Below are positions 50,901-64,000 of a stretch of DNA of 64,000 bases, in pieces. Position 1 is the stretch's first letter. Every line of letters begins with the position of its first letter. The notes under the pieces were generated by a model. It saw only the letters and a list, made by a program, of their open reading frames with translations, had not been told where the DNA came from and did no database searches. A program made the translations under genes and the position numbers. Origin of the DNA: Saccostrea echinata (lineage: Eukaryota); NCBI RefSeq assembly GCF_033153115.1, contig NW_026889805.1:6076001-6140000 (forward strand). Reading direction: 5' to 3'.

Positions 50901-53900
50901 GAGAACTTAAAAGTAAATCTGCTTGGAGGTGTGCGACGATCTCGATTAATTCGTCTGACTCCAAAGTTCATGCAGGCTAAGTCAGTTTCTCCAAAATAAT
51001 ATGGCATTGTATCCTCTGTAAGCAAATTAGCATATTGAGAATTCACAGTTTGCCTAATTCATGTTACTGTATAAAAATATACTTTATTTTTAATCCAAAA
51101 AACAAAGGAGAATTTTCAAAGATTATAAATGTTTTTGTAATCATTGTAGCAATTATTTCTACTTTTTATAATTTGGCATACAAGAAAACTGTAAGGATTG
51201 TACACAGGTCACCTGTGTGACTCAGGTTAACTTTTGCTATCCCTTTTCATCCTTGGTCTTCTTTTCTCAATTTTGACTTATCCAAAAGATTGGGTCCTCA
51301 CTTTTTTTAAAATTTATGTTTAGCTAAGTTTCAAAGAAATTATTCAAGATATTTTTATCAAACTTCATATGCTGACCCATACTGATAAAGCTATTCAAAT
51401 GCATCAACATTTTATGACCTTTACTTTTCCTTTGACCTTGACCTCACTTTTCTTAAATTTGTATTTAGCTCAGTTTCAAAAAACTATTCAAGATCTTTTT
51501 TATGTAAGCTTAAGCACTGATGCATAATTTGGTGAGAATTTTTCAACTGTGTCCAATTTTTTTTTTTACCTTGACTTTCCCAATGACCTTTGACTTTACT
51601 ATTTATTGTGTATATAACTCAGTTTTAAACAAAGTATTCAAGATATTTTCATCAAACTTCTTACAACAATCAAAAAACTAATATATTGCAATATCATTTC
51701 ACTAAAGCAGAAGAGTATCAAGTTTATAATATGGCATTTTCCACAATATATCCTCTAGCTTTACTTACTTCTCTTGGGACATGCTCGGCTGTTTCCTCGT
51801 GTTGGATAAACCCCAAAGATAGCACTTTCAGTGATAGAAGTGGTTATATAAACAAGAACCACTGTTATAAAGACCTGCCAATAATAGAAAAATACTTACT
51901 TTCTACCAAATAAAAACAGACCTCTTTAATGGCAAAGAGTTTGATAACCTTGTATGACCGACGATTAGCTAGGGGGTGTCCACAATGTGGCTTGAACCTA
52001 CAACCCTCAGATTAAAATCCAACGCTCTACTGCCTGGGTTAAAGGGTTATCCCACTAGCTAGTGCTAGTAGGAGTGTGGCCTCACTATTTACAATACATA
52101 GCCACGTTTTTAATTCTGTTACATTTGTATCTCTTTTCCCTTAAGGTGTTTCCCCTTAGAAAAATACATCGTTTTTGAAAAAAGAGTAAAAGATGTAAAA
52201 GAGTAAAAAAAGAAAGGTCTGGGAATTTTTACTGAATTAGGTTAAAAATTAGGATTTTTAGGAAGTAGTAGTTATTTTGTTGTAATGTATTTATCCCTAA
52301 CTTTTCTGAAATAATACCTTTTTTTTTATCTTTACTTTGCATCAATAATAGGTAATGTTACTATTGAATTGGTTTTTCAAAGCAATCTTTAAAATGTGAA
52401 AAATTTTCACTTTTGTTTATTGAACATGTATAGGTTGAATTGAAAAAAAAAATAGTGAAAAACAGTAGAAAAAATAGAATCTTTAAGATTAACAATTTTC
52501 ATTGAAATTTAAAGACTGAATATGATGAATGTTTTACTTAATTTTTAAAGGAAAGACCACAGCTGTGTTTAATATAGTATTCTTGTTTTGTTTAGTTTTT
52601 TTTTTTTTTCAAACAAGAACAGAAGAGATTTTTTTCAGTTTAATATATTATAATTCTACCACTTACCCTCATAGTAGTCTCTGTCGTGTTTTATCCTGGT
52701 CCGTGTTTTATCCTTGTCTGTCAGAGACAGTCTAATGGAGGACTGCTTACTCATTAGATGAAATATTCGGAGTCTCTTAATTTGAATTCAGACAGATGAT
52801 TATCTGTTACATATGGCTTTTTATGGGGCCATCTGATGTAAACATTTGGTGGGAGTGAAGTGAAAATGGACACTGTGTCGGTGCATTGCATATCCTGGGG
52901 TACACTTTAGCTCGATAGGATATCAACATTTATGCTTCATTTAGGTACAATAATGTTGCAATTCCAGAAATATTTTTAAAGTGACAGTTATATTGCAGAA
53001 ATTGTGATACACTTCTAATATTTGAAGCACTGATTTTTATGCCCCCATATCGAAGAGTTGGGTGTATATAGTTTTTGCCCTGTCCGTCCGTCTGTCTGTT
53101 TGTCTGCAAAAAAATTAACATTGCCCATAACTTTTTGATTGGTAAGAGCTATGGCTTTCATATTTCACATGTGTATTCCTTGTGACAAGACCTTTCTTTT
53201 AGTACCATCATATTTGACCTTTTGACCGTGACCTTGGAGTTTGACCCAGTTTTGCAAAATTTTACCGAACTTTAACCTTGGCCATAACTTTTGAATAATT
53301 GGTGCTAGGGCTTTCATACTTCACATGTGTAATCCTTGTGGCAAAACCTTCCTTTGGATTCCAACAACTTTGACCCTTTGACCTTGACCTAGAACTTGGA
53401 CCTACTTTTGAAAAACTTTAACGCCATATATTTTGAACAGTTTGTGCTAGGGCTTTCAGATTTAGTATTTCTATTCCTTGTGACAAGACCTTCCTTTGGA
53501 TACCAACAATAGTAATCCATTGACCTTGACCCTGGAGTTTGACCTACTTCTGAAAAACTTTAACCTTGGCCATAACTTTTGAATGGTTGGTGCTACGGCT
53601 TTCGTATTTCACATGTGTATTTCTTGTGAGAATTCCTTTCCTTGAGCACTATTTATTTTGACCATTTGACATTGAACTTGATGTTTGAGTTCTTTTGTTA
53701 AACTTTAACCATTTCCATATCTATTCAATGGTTGCTGCTTTGGCTTCTATATTTCACAGGTATATTTCTTAAGACAAGACCTTACTTTGGGTACCAACAT
53801 ATATTGATTGCATTTGAGAAAGGTTAACCTTTGCTATAAGTTGCCATACGGTGGCATCAGTGTTTTACAAACACATCTTGTTTCCAATATATTCTGGTGT

Positions 53901-56900
53901 CTCACAGGCAATTAATTTTTTTTCCTTGAACACTCTAGTAAATAAGGTAGCATGGCCATTTATTTTAACATGTGCCACATTTTGTTGAAACAGTTTGTCA
54001 AAAATACCATATGTCTTAGGCAATATTTTCTCAAAATTTCAATAAAGTATAATTAAAAAAATCAAACTAATTTTGCAATATTTATTTCATTATTCATTCC
54101 ATATGAATATGAGACACAAGTTGTAGACAGTACTTGATACAGCTGACATATGCCTCACTCTCAGGAATCTCACATTGTTATAGAATTCTTCTCATACACC
54201 ATTGAGGACAAATTACTGCTTCACACATGACTTTGGAAATTTTGTTTACAAAATGGTGACAGTTGTTTGTGTACACATGGTAGTTGCCATATTTCTCGGT
54301 ATAGTTTTCCACACATCCTATGACACACTCAAGACTCAGTCTACTGAAGCCAGCAGGCTGTGGCTCAATCTTCAAGGGACAGACATCACCAAGATTTGGA
54401 TGGTCAAATTTAATTTTTGCTGCATCCTTCCCTATTCTGTTGCCAAACTCCAAGTATGTTCCTGCATAGTAGATCCATCGGTGAGTGGGGTTGAAAGTGA
54501 ATCGACTGGGTGCATTTCTCCGCATTATTGGAGTTTTTCTGTGTAAACCATACCTCATACACATGAGGTCAGTTGTACCAAAATAATAAGGAATGGAGCC
54601 AGCTGTGGAAATCAATAAAAGTTTCATATGAGAATTGCAGATAGAACTTTAAAAAAATTTATACATTTTTTGCCTTGCCATGCATGAGGCAGAGGCATTT
54701 ATGGCCACTTGAATCCATCGGATTTGACCCTGGATTCAGTGGACTGGAGTGGATACACTGGAAAATCATAGTCTCACTGATGAACATTTATAATCCCTTT
54801 ATTTTTTAAAAAGAATTTCTGGACCTTGCTCCCTCAAGATTTCATATATCAACAGACATCTCCATCCATTCCCCCTCCACTGAGGTGCCTCTGGATCCAC
54901 CTCTTATTTTTGATGCTATATTTATAAAGTATAACACATTAATTTTGGAAGAACAAGAAATGAGTGAATTTAGTAAGAAAATGACTTACGGACAGGAGGG
55001 CAGTGTGAAGCATCTCCTCTTGGTAGACCAAACAGTATTCCATAAGACTGAGTGACCCATGATAAAATGCCAAGGCTGACTACTGTCTAAAAAGGAAAAG
55101 TATTGGGTATAATGTCATCTCTGTGAATGTAATTTAAATTCAAGACATGTGGTCCCTCTTGATCTATCAAAGGTTAAAGGTTAGAATCAGTTATGACATA
55201 GATCCATTATAGGCAGTAAAAAGAATATTGCTGTAGTCTGTTTCTTTTAAAAAACAATAAATGAAACTTGTATATTGTAAAGTGGTGAAAACTGAAACAG
55301 AATATAACTTTTTTTATTTATCATATCTCCAAATGCTATTAAATATGTACAGCTTTAATTCCTAGCTGTATTTCCTTTAATGATTTAATCAATTGACAAT
55401 CACATGATAGTATCACTAGCATTACCTAAACTCCCTGGACATTATAATTTGCTGAACACCAAAAAATAAGAGTTCTAAACACTTTCATGGGGGTAAAAGT
55501 GATTTACAGAGAGTTAAGGAGAAAGAATTATTACAATACATTAGTGAATTTTTTTTCTTGGCATATCTTACTGAACATAAGAAAAAATTGCTGTAGTGAC
55601 CTTCCTGTTCAGCAGGAGCCAGTAACCCATGAAGAGAAAGTGGGGATCCTTTAACTAGATAAAAGAACCCCCTCCTAAACCTTGAAAAAGAATTACAAGA
55701 GAAACAAAAGCACAGAAAATATCTTTATACCTGAAGGTATAATGGTAAATATTTCCTTTTTAAACCACAAAACATGACAAAAGTAGATGAAAAATTGTTA
55801 ATTTCATAAATAATCGTGTAAAAAATGACTTACTATGATTTTCGGTTGCATTGCTGCATGGAGATAGTGATTCAGATAGAATAAGACAATCAGACATCTA
55901 AGGTTAATAAAAAGGAAGCATTCAATCAGTACCTGGTTTATTTGCAAGCTTCTTTAAATTGCTGGAGGTGAATTTGTACATATGTTTCTTTAAGTTCTTA
56001 TTTCATGAAGAAAGTGATAAGATCTATTTTAGTCTATAAACAGAGGGGTTGAAGACATTTATTTGTCACATGCAAGAAACATTTTGTTGAAACTAAAGTT
56101 GTGATGTGTCACTAATGATACCGTTAGTTCTGGCAGATGTGAACTAAATTTATATGACATACTTTAAAATGAACAGAAATATATGGTTTTTGAAATTTCA
56201 GATGGTTTAGAATATACTTTGTCACCCTGTAAAATCATTTCACAATCATACATCAATTACTTTAATACATTTTGCAAAAGCAGAAAATAGTTATAATTAG
56301 AACACTTAGTTTTAGTATTTATGGTCATTTTAAATTTTGACATAATTTGATGTAAAAGTGTTTTCTTAAAGTGTTGTCCAAGCCCATCTCTAGCTATTTG
56401 ATTAATTAATTTTTTTTTTTTGGGGGGGGGGGGGCATATATTTATCCAGAAAGAGTGAAATACTTTGGAGATTACTGTAGGTTATTTTCAAATCTTTATG
56501 ATAATAATAACCATGTTAAGTATATACAGTTGAACTTTGGTATCTTGAACACTGATATCTCGGAATACCATGGATGTGTCGAAGTGATTTGGAAGTCCCA
56601 ACCCCTTATTCTTTAAGTATTTTACCCCGGATGTCTCGAATCCTCAGATATCTTGAAGTTTTTTCTTGGTCCCATTGGGTTCGAGATAACAAGGTTTGAT
56701 TGTAGCTCCAGTTATTCTTTGAATAAGAGGTGCTATCTATGGTGAATTCACCATGCAGCTTTTTTTCCTTTGCTGCCAGAATATGGCTGAAATACTGCCA
56801 TCTCGGTATTAATTAAACAACAAATAATCATCCTATTCCTTTGTAAATCAGTAGCATCTTCATTTCTGTATTGAGGATAATTATGTAATTGGTGACTAAT

Positions 56901-59900
56901 CAGTTGTTAAACAAGTAAATTGATTAATATACTAACTGATGCAAAAACCTCATTGATAATCTACTATTATTATTCAGCTATGAACATTGATGTAAATAAT
57001 ATCTCTATCCTGTTTTGTAGACAACTCTACTGGTCTGATGTTGAAGACCCTCCCAAGATAAAGAGGGCCAATCTGGATGGCAGTGGGACAGTGACCTTTC
57101 TTTCTGACCATGTAGGATACGCTAGTGTAATGATCCTGGACTACATATCAGAGCGCCTGTTCTGGGTGGACAAGCTATCCCCCAAACTGGAGAGTGTCCA
57201 TTTAGATGGCTCAAACAGACAGGTCTGATGCTCTTAATTGGTATATTACAAAAAGAGTATTAATTGGGAAATATAATCTGTATAATAAATGTAGATTTTG
57301 TTTTTTCTCAGGCTAAGACTCCTTGGTGATACATGTAAGAACAGATTTGATCTGTCCCAGTGTTATGCTCTTGGCTTATATGTACAGATCTGTTTGAAGT
57401 GAAGCTCTCTTGCATCCTAAGGCCTCAGAATATTTCAACCAAAAAGTAGGTCACATTGACCTACTTTTTGAATTTCATGGCTATAATTAAATATATCAGA
57501 TACTTATTAATATAGAATCATCAAAGTTTGTCAGTTGATGCATTTTGAGCCCTCAAAGTGTGTCAATCAAAAAGCAAGTCACAGTGACCTACTTTTTAAA
57601 TTTCATGGCTATATTTATATATTTCAGATAGAAATTGGCTAAGAATCATCAAACTAAGTTAAAACTAAATATTTCAAATAATGAGAATCGGTGAATCATT
57701 AAGCTTTTTTTTGCCCCTGCCATGAAATGGCCAGGTACAGAGTGTTACCCTGTTTTGTCATTCTGTCATTCCGTCATCATTCACTTTCCGCTCATTGTAT
57801 ATGCAACAGTTGCACACATTTAACTCAAATTTGGATGGATATGTCATAGGAATAAGCAGGTCAAGTTCAATTTGGTCATGGTCCAATGATTTTGACAGAA
57901 TTATCCCTCTTGAACTTAGAAAAAAGAAGAAAATTTTCAGTTTCTGCTCACTAACTTTTGTAGGGATGTATGTATAAGGTTGAAATTACATATGCAGGTA
58001 TTTTATCAGAAAATACAGTTTAATTTTGAATTTAGTCATGGTCCGATGATTTTTGACAGAGTTATCCCTCTTGAACCTTGAAAAAAATGAGAAATTTTCA
58101 GTTTCCGCTCTCTAACTTTAATGTAGGGATGTATGTATAAGGTTGAAATTGCATATGAAGGTATTTTATCAGAAAATACGGGTCAAGTTTGAATACAAAT
58201 TTAAAACTAAATATTGTATTTGAAATTTTGCCTGCTTGCGGGGGTATTTGTGGCGTTATAATGACACATCTAGTTTAGTTAATGCATCTTGGGTCCTTGG
58301 AGTATTTCAACCAAAGAATGGGTCACAGTGACCTTCTTTTGGAATTTTAAGGCAGTATCTAAATATTTTGGATAAAAAGAGGCGTAGAATCACTAAACTT
58401 TGTCAGTTGATGCATCTTGGATCATTGGAGACTATATCATTCAGCCAAAATGTTGGTCACAATAACCTACTCTTTGAATTTTATGGCTATATTAAATTAT
58501 TTCAGATACTAGTTGGCTTACTATCATCAAAACTCTAGAGTCACAGAGTAAGGAGGTGATCCTTACATAATGGGTTTGAATCCACTGTGGGACATGGAGA
58601 CCAGTCCTTCAGATGAGATTGTATAAACCGAGGTCCTGTGTTCCAGTAGGTGTAAGCACGAAAAAGATCCCTCATTGCTCAATGGCCCTGAGTGCCAAGC
58701 ATAGGTTAAAATTGAGTAACCAGTTACTTTTCCAATTGAGTACCCAGTTTTCCTCATAGTTTCCATATCAATAATTTATCTCATCCTCTACTTATTGGTG
58801 GATATAAAACACAAATGTACTGTATATGAACTTTGCCAGTTGATGCATCTTAAGTTCTTAGTTTGTGTGTTAACCAAAAATTAGGACATGGTGACCTAAT
58901 TTTTGAATTTCAAGGCTTTATCTAAATGTATAGGATACAAAGAGGCTTAAAATAGAAGTGATAGATCAGCAATTCAAGGGATTTGGGCCTCTTGTATGTG
59001 TATGTGCCTTGTGACTTATTTGTACAGATTTTGTCTATTTGCAGTGTAGGCCTGTTGGCTTATATGTACAGATTTTGCCTACTCCCAGTGTAGATCTCCT
59101 AGCTTGTATGTACACATTTGACTATTAAATGAACTTAGTGTACAGGGTTGTATTTACAGATTTTGCCTGTTTACAATCTAAGGAACCCAGTCAGTATAGC
59201 TGTGTTTGAAGACAGAATTTACTGGACTGACCTTGGCTGGCGTGCACTCTTTTCTGCAAATAAGTTCACAGGCCATGACATTCAGCATGAAATCTCTGGT
59301 CTACAAGGACATGCTGTTATACTGGTTATGCATCCAGCTCTTCAGAATTCAAATCTTATTAGTAAGTGAGTTTACCTTATCAGTTTTCATGCCCAACCAT
59401 GAATATGGACAGGGAATATAATATTTGTCATATCCGTCCTTCTAATCTGTTCTTTCACCTGTCCATCTGTAACATTTTGTCCTTAGTTCACTTTCAAAGA
59501 AACTGTTCAAGATAGTTAAGCAAAAATTCATACACTGATTTACAGTAAAACTTGTCTATTCCAGATGTTGTGTATTGTGAAATTTTGCCGTTTATGATGT
59601 ATGTAAATTTAAAGACCCTTTCATTGAATTCAGTTGTTTAAAATGTTGTTTAATTTGGAATTTTTCTATTCTATGGAACCATCGATGTTGGGATTAGACA
59701 AGTTTCACTGTATATATATTGATAAGAGCTATTCAACTGTTGATATTATATTACCTTGACCTTCCTTATGACCTTGACCTCATTGTTTCTTATTTTGCAT
59801 TAAGTAGGGTTAAAAAGAAGCTATGCATAATATTTTATCAAAGCTCATACAATGATATATATAATGGTGTGGACTATTCAACTGTCATAATTTTCTGAAG

Positions 59901-62900
59901 TTGACTTTACCTATGACCTTTACAATTTGTCATTTTGCATTCAGCTTTGTTTAAGAAATGATTCCAAGATATATTCATTAAATTTAATACAAAGATACAA
60001 ATTGGTAAGATAATTCAACTGTGTCTTAATTTCTGTTCAAATTATTTTCATTAAACTTCATAAAAAGATACAAATTGATTAGAGCTATAATTCAACTTTG
60101 TCAAATATTTTTTACCTTGATCTTCTGTATTATAACCTTAACTTTCACCATAAATTGTCTTGTATTTAGCAGTTTAGACGAAACTGTTCTTGATATTTTG
60201 ATCAAACTACATGCACCAGTAAAAATTGATGAGAGCAATTCAACTGTGTCATTATTTTCTTACCTTGACCTCACTAATGACCTTGACCTCACTATTCCTT
60301 CCTTGCATTTGCCTAATTTTGCATTGTGTATTTTCATCCAAATTTGTATATTGATACAAATTGGTGAGTACAATTCAAGTGTGTCAAAAAATTTGACCTT
60401 GAATTTTACATTTTTTCTTCATATTGCTCATAGTTCATGTTTAATTCCAAAAAGGATTTCTTCAGAAAAATTCATTCATTGATAATCTGTGTAAGATCAT
60501 TTGTACTATACATACTTAAGAGATCATTTATAAAGAACAAGGTTCACTTAGGGTCTTTTTGGCCCAGTGAATTTCTGAAAAATCAGAAATGCTCAGTTTT
60601 AGTTGAAAATGCATTAAATTCACTTGAACCCTTGGTAACTGCATATCAATTAAAAATGACATAATTTTCTCTCTAGTCCATGTATTACAACATCATGAAT
60701 TGCATCATTTTCCTCAAATCTTGAAAATTTCTTTAGAAATGGATAAAAATGTAAGTTTCTTTAGAATATTTTACATAGCCCCTAACCTCTGATCTAAAAT
60801 GTTTAATTATATAATGAAAGAACTTTTTAAGAAAATTCTAATCCATGAAAAAATTTTTGGATTGCAGGGTGGGTTCATCTTTTAATTATTAGTTGAAGAT
60901 GCTCAAATTCACTCATCTTCTTCAAAATTCAAGAACATTGCAGGTTCACAAAGTCTGTTTTTCAATACTGGGACTCTCAGGGAAATTTTTTGTATTGGAA
61001 ATGAAAGCACTAAGTCTCTCCTTTATTTTGATGTTCTAAATGGGACATTGGGACTTGGTCAGTTAATTGGTTATATGGACAGGGCCATTTTATGGAGTTA
61101 GTGAACCTACCTCTGTTAAATATGACATAAACTTGAAACAATGAAACTTTATTTAGCTATGGGATAATATTTGGAATGAGTCAATCTCCAACCAGAGGAG
61201 GAGGGTACGTTTCTCTTTCACTGTTGCGACACAATGTTCCTTGGCCAGGGCATTCATATCCTATAGACATATTTCTCGTTATTTTATCTTTCAATCTTAT
61301 AATAGTTTGTCATCGATTTAGAAGATAAAGCCAAATTAAGAATATTAACCCATCTCTTTGATGACCCTTAATTCTATCTGTAAAATCTGGATTTTGTTAT
61401 ATTGGTAGAAATATCAGAAATGTGAAAAAGAAAAAGAACAATATTTGCAAACATTATTTGATAAACATTTTGAAATATGTATATGCCTGTTTATTTTTAG
61501 GAGATACCTGCTCTGGGATAAAATGTTCCCACATGTGTTTGCCAACAAGTGATGGACATCGGTGCATGTGTCCTCAGGACATGCATCTGGAAAGTAATAA
61601 TATCACCTGTCAAAGTTAGTTCAACTTCTACTTAATGTTTTGGTGTTATCATCAGAGGGTTTTATATTCATAATCAGATATGATTATAAAATTGTAGTCT
61701 TGTATACTTATAGTATTTAACAAAAGTTGTAGCATATTGCCTTAGTCATTATCCTCAATGCCATATACATGTAGATATTTTGAACCCCTTTTTCCACTAG
61801 TGTGTCTGTTCATCGGTGTATATGTCAAACTTTTCATTGTTTCTTTGTGTACTTGTATAATAAATGTTCTAAGAGATCGTAGATTTCAAGTGATGAAAAG
61901 ATATTGCATCATACAACATTTGGAATGTTGCTATGCCTCTGTTTATAGGCCTCGGTCAATACATATATATATATATATATATTCAAATATGCTTTTGAAT
62001 TTTATTTTGGATATATCATAACATGGATTGAAGGATCAATATTAATTTTCATGGTATCAAAATACTGCCAATCTTTATTTTTATCCCTGGATGATTTTCA
62101 GTAAGTTTAGATGTGCCCAGAATTTACCTTGGAGCAAAGAAAGAAATTCTTCAATTCCCCCTGTCTTCTGTTGGTTACCAAGACAGCCAAGTCAGGACTG
62201 TGATTGGTGGAGATATCAACACTGTTCCAGCAATGAGTATTTGTCCAAAGCATCAAGTACTGGTGTACAGTGACATCACACGTGATGTCATAGCTAGCAT
62301 CAACATCTCCGTGGATAGTGGATTTTCTCGGTCAGTCATTTACATTAGATATCCTAAAGAGATGCAACTTTATTTGTCTCCTTCTTGTCAACCATTCTTT
62401 AAATTGCATTTCTTTCTTCAATGTATAAATGGTTTAAAGTCACCTGACTGAAACACTACAGTTGAATAGTAATGTTCTGGAATTGATTCACTTTTTAGTT
62501 AGATATTATTATCCTTCAACCCTAAATTTTTAGTTTAATCTGTAAATTTTTCAGTGAAAGTATTATATATTCCAAACATCTTCAAGCAGTTGAGAAGTTA
62601 GAAGTGGACCCAGTAACAGGAAATATTTTTTGGATTGATGTTGGAGAAGTATGTCTCATTTGTTACTTTTTAATCATATCAAGGCCATCAGAACACGGGG
62701 GTATGGTGGGTGTAATCTCCCCCACCCCAAATGAACACTAAGATATCATTTTTAAGACAAATGCATTATTCATCCTTTTAAAGTATGCTGCTAGATTTTC
62801 TTTAATTTGTGAAAAAATAACTTCAAGGATTCACCAGAACCCACTAAAGTGGTATCTATTTATAAAAAAAATTCTGGTCCAGAAAGGGGGCGACCCCTCC

Positions 62901-63360
62901 TAGACCCTCTTCCACACCCTATTTCCAGAAATCTGGAGATGGCCTTGCAATTGCCATTGTAGTTGTTATTTCTCTCAGGTTTGAGTTAGCCTCCATAATT
63001 ATTTGTACCATTGTTCAATATTTATATATGTCTATGATCATAATGATAAACGAATTTAGAAATATATACATGAATAGCATTTTTTCATATTTTTGGCCTG
63101 TAATAAAATAGATCTTTACTTTTGCATATATTTTTTAAAGAAAACAATACAAATTGTGATTCATTATGATAAATGTTTGAAGAAATATATACTTTTTTTC
63201 ATGCTGCATATTTTTGATCTAGTATAAAAAACTTATGCATAATTGTTTTGCAGAAAACAGTAGAAGTTGCAAGTCTGAGTGGAAAATATCGCAAAGCACT
63301 GCTATCATCAGACCAGATAATTCAGAGGCCCACATCCATAGCTATTGATTCTTCACAAGG
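37072..63360 (+). CDS. LDL receptor-related protein / vitellogenin-receptor-like gene, 5' part (continues beyond the window)
   Basis: Signal-peptide exon 37072-37147 ([25 protein letters not shown]). LDLa exons 41572-41697, 42586-42708, 43935-44063. EGF 46802-46921; Ca-EGF 47188-47316. First YWTD propeller: 48517-48651, 48793-48903, 49939-50107, 57021-57222, 59160-59361 (YFSD, YVAD, YWSD, FWVD, YWTD). EGF 61501-61614. Second propeller: 62111-62330, 62555-62648, 63254-63360. Introns are GT-AG with compatible phases. Exact orthology (VgR vs LRP1/2-like) cannot be determined here. Confidence 0.9.
37660..38235 (+). mobile_element. Degenerate Penelope-like retroelement fragment
   Basis: Translates [40 protein letters not shown], which resembles the Penelope RT C-terminal region, and is followed by frameshifts and stops. 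Confidence 0.7.
39013..39234. mobile_element. Tc1/mariner-type MITE (second copy at ~43603-43824)
   Basis: tactgtggaatcat...atgattccacagta with internal inverted repeats; a related copy is at 43603-43824. Confidence 0.78.
40008..40494. mobile_element. Non-autonomous DNA transposon with a 6-bp TSD
   Basis: TIR cagcgattttttt...aaaaaaaccgctg; TSD tatatt on both sides. Confidence 0.8.
44489..45353. mobile_element. hAT-type MITE
   Basis: TIR tagggatgtcaa...ttgacatcccta with a perfect 8-bp TSD gtaatatt. Confidence 0.9.
50507..52672 (-). CDS. Nested gene A: predicted secreted Cys-rich protein with a permuted papain-like (PPPDE/LRAT-like) motif and acidic tail, 206 aa
   Basis: Exons (minus): 52667-52672 (MR), 51769-51874, 50507-51015; 621 nt, GT-AG, phases 0 and 1. 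The N-terminus [20 protein letters not shown] looks like a signal peptide. Motifs: [14 protein letters not shown] and [13 protein letters not shown]. It lies inside LRP intron 50108-57020. Confidence 0.8.
53036..53882. mobile_element. HINE-like element lying between nested genes A and B
   Basis: tttatgccccc...hairpin, (ctgt/ccgt) microsatellite, tandem gccataacttttg/gaccttgacc units, ending catcttgtt. Confidence 0.7.
54178..55851 (-). CDS. Nested gene B: paralog of gene A, predicted secreted Cys-rich permuted papain-like protein, 179 aa
   Basis: Exons (minus): 55834-55851 (MQPKII), 54990-55086, 54178-54602; 540 nt, same intron phases as gene A. Signal-like [22 protein letters not shown]. Motifs: [14 protein letters not shown] and [13 protein letters not shown]. 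Nine Cys align with gene A. Confidence 0.82.
56525..56704. mobile_element. Tc1/mariner-type MITE
   Basis: tacagttgaac...tatcttgaac / gttcgagataac...gtttgattgta imperfect TIRs flanked by TA. Confidence 0.65.
57708..58276. mobile_element. HINE-like element nested in the ~120-bp-unit array
   Basis: Starts gcccctgccatgaaatggcc, has a cattc microsatellite and two ~175-bp units, and ends catctagtt. Confidence 0.6.
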
Positions 63361-64000
63361 GTTTGTTGCTTATTTTTGTCCCCCGCTTTTGCAAAAGTGA
63401 GTGGACATTAAATCTCATTTGTTTCTCAGCGAATCCGTCTGTCAATCTGTCTGTCAGTCTCTCCATCTGTCTGTCTGTCACAAAAACTTTAACCTTGGTT
63501 GAATGAGAGAAGGTAGGGCTTTCATATTTAACAAGTTCATATCCTGTATTAAGAAGTTTCCAAAAGTGCTATGATATTTGACACCTTGACCTTCCATTTT
63601 GATGTTTTTTGATGTTTGATGTTCAAAAATTTTATCTGCTGCTAACTTTTGAAGAAGAGAAGAAAGAGTATTCATATTTGACATGTGCTTTACCTGTTTC
63701 AAGATCTCTCCAAATGTACTCTGTTTTTTGACCTTGTGACCCTGACCTTTAAGTTTAAACTACAGTCTTTTTCATTCTTTATGCCCCGCCATGAATATGG
63801 CCAGGGCATATAGTTTGTCATAGTTGTCTTCCGTCCATGTGTCCTTCTGTCCTTCCATATGTCCTTCCGTCGCGCTTTGTGTTTAGCTCAGTTTCAAAGA
63901 AAGTATTCAAGATATTTTTATCAACTTTATATGTTGATAGATATTGATAAGGGCCATTCAACTGCATCAACATTTTTTGAATTTGACCTTTTCTTTGACC

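Noticed and set aside
50438-54546. Plus-strand ORFs 50438-50755 and 54202-54546 as extra LRP exons
   Set aside because: They are antisense shadows of the nested genes, and LRP exons 49939-50107 and 57021-57222 join in phase without them.

Overview
AT-rich, intron-rich animal genomic DNA, most likely a bivalve such as an oyster (inferred from ~166-bp satellite monomers inside Helentron-like elements). Six protein-coding genes could be built by hand with GT-AG introns and consistent reading phases. (1) DOLPP1, minus strand, 8 coding exons, 244 aa. (2) QTRT1, plus strand, 9 coding exons, 397 aa, head-to-head with DOLPP1 across only ~150 bp. (3) An ankyrin-repeat/SOCS-box gene. (4) An LRP/vitellogenin-receptor-like gene that runs off the 3' end of the window. 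(5, 6) Two paralogous 3-exon genes nested antisense in one LRP intron, encoding predicted secreted, Cys-rich proteins with a permuted papain-like (H...NCHHF) motif order. Introns and intergenic DNA contain many MITEs, HINE-like satellite carriers, hairpin elements, tRNA-derived SINE relics and a Penelope-like fragment. There is one assembly gap (29923-30063). Two observations stand out. First, tandem arrays are seeded exactly on exon-intron junctions: three QTRT1 junctions, plus a decayed case in the LRP gene, multiplying splice sites and in two cases keeping the frame open. Second, the nested pair may be secreted PPPDE/LRAT-like enzymes. All coordinates were read by eye, and repeat boundaries are approximate.
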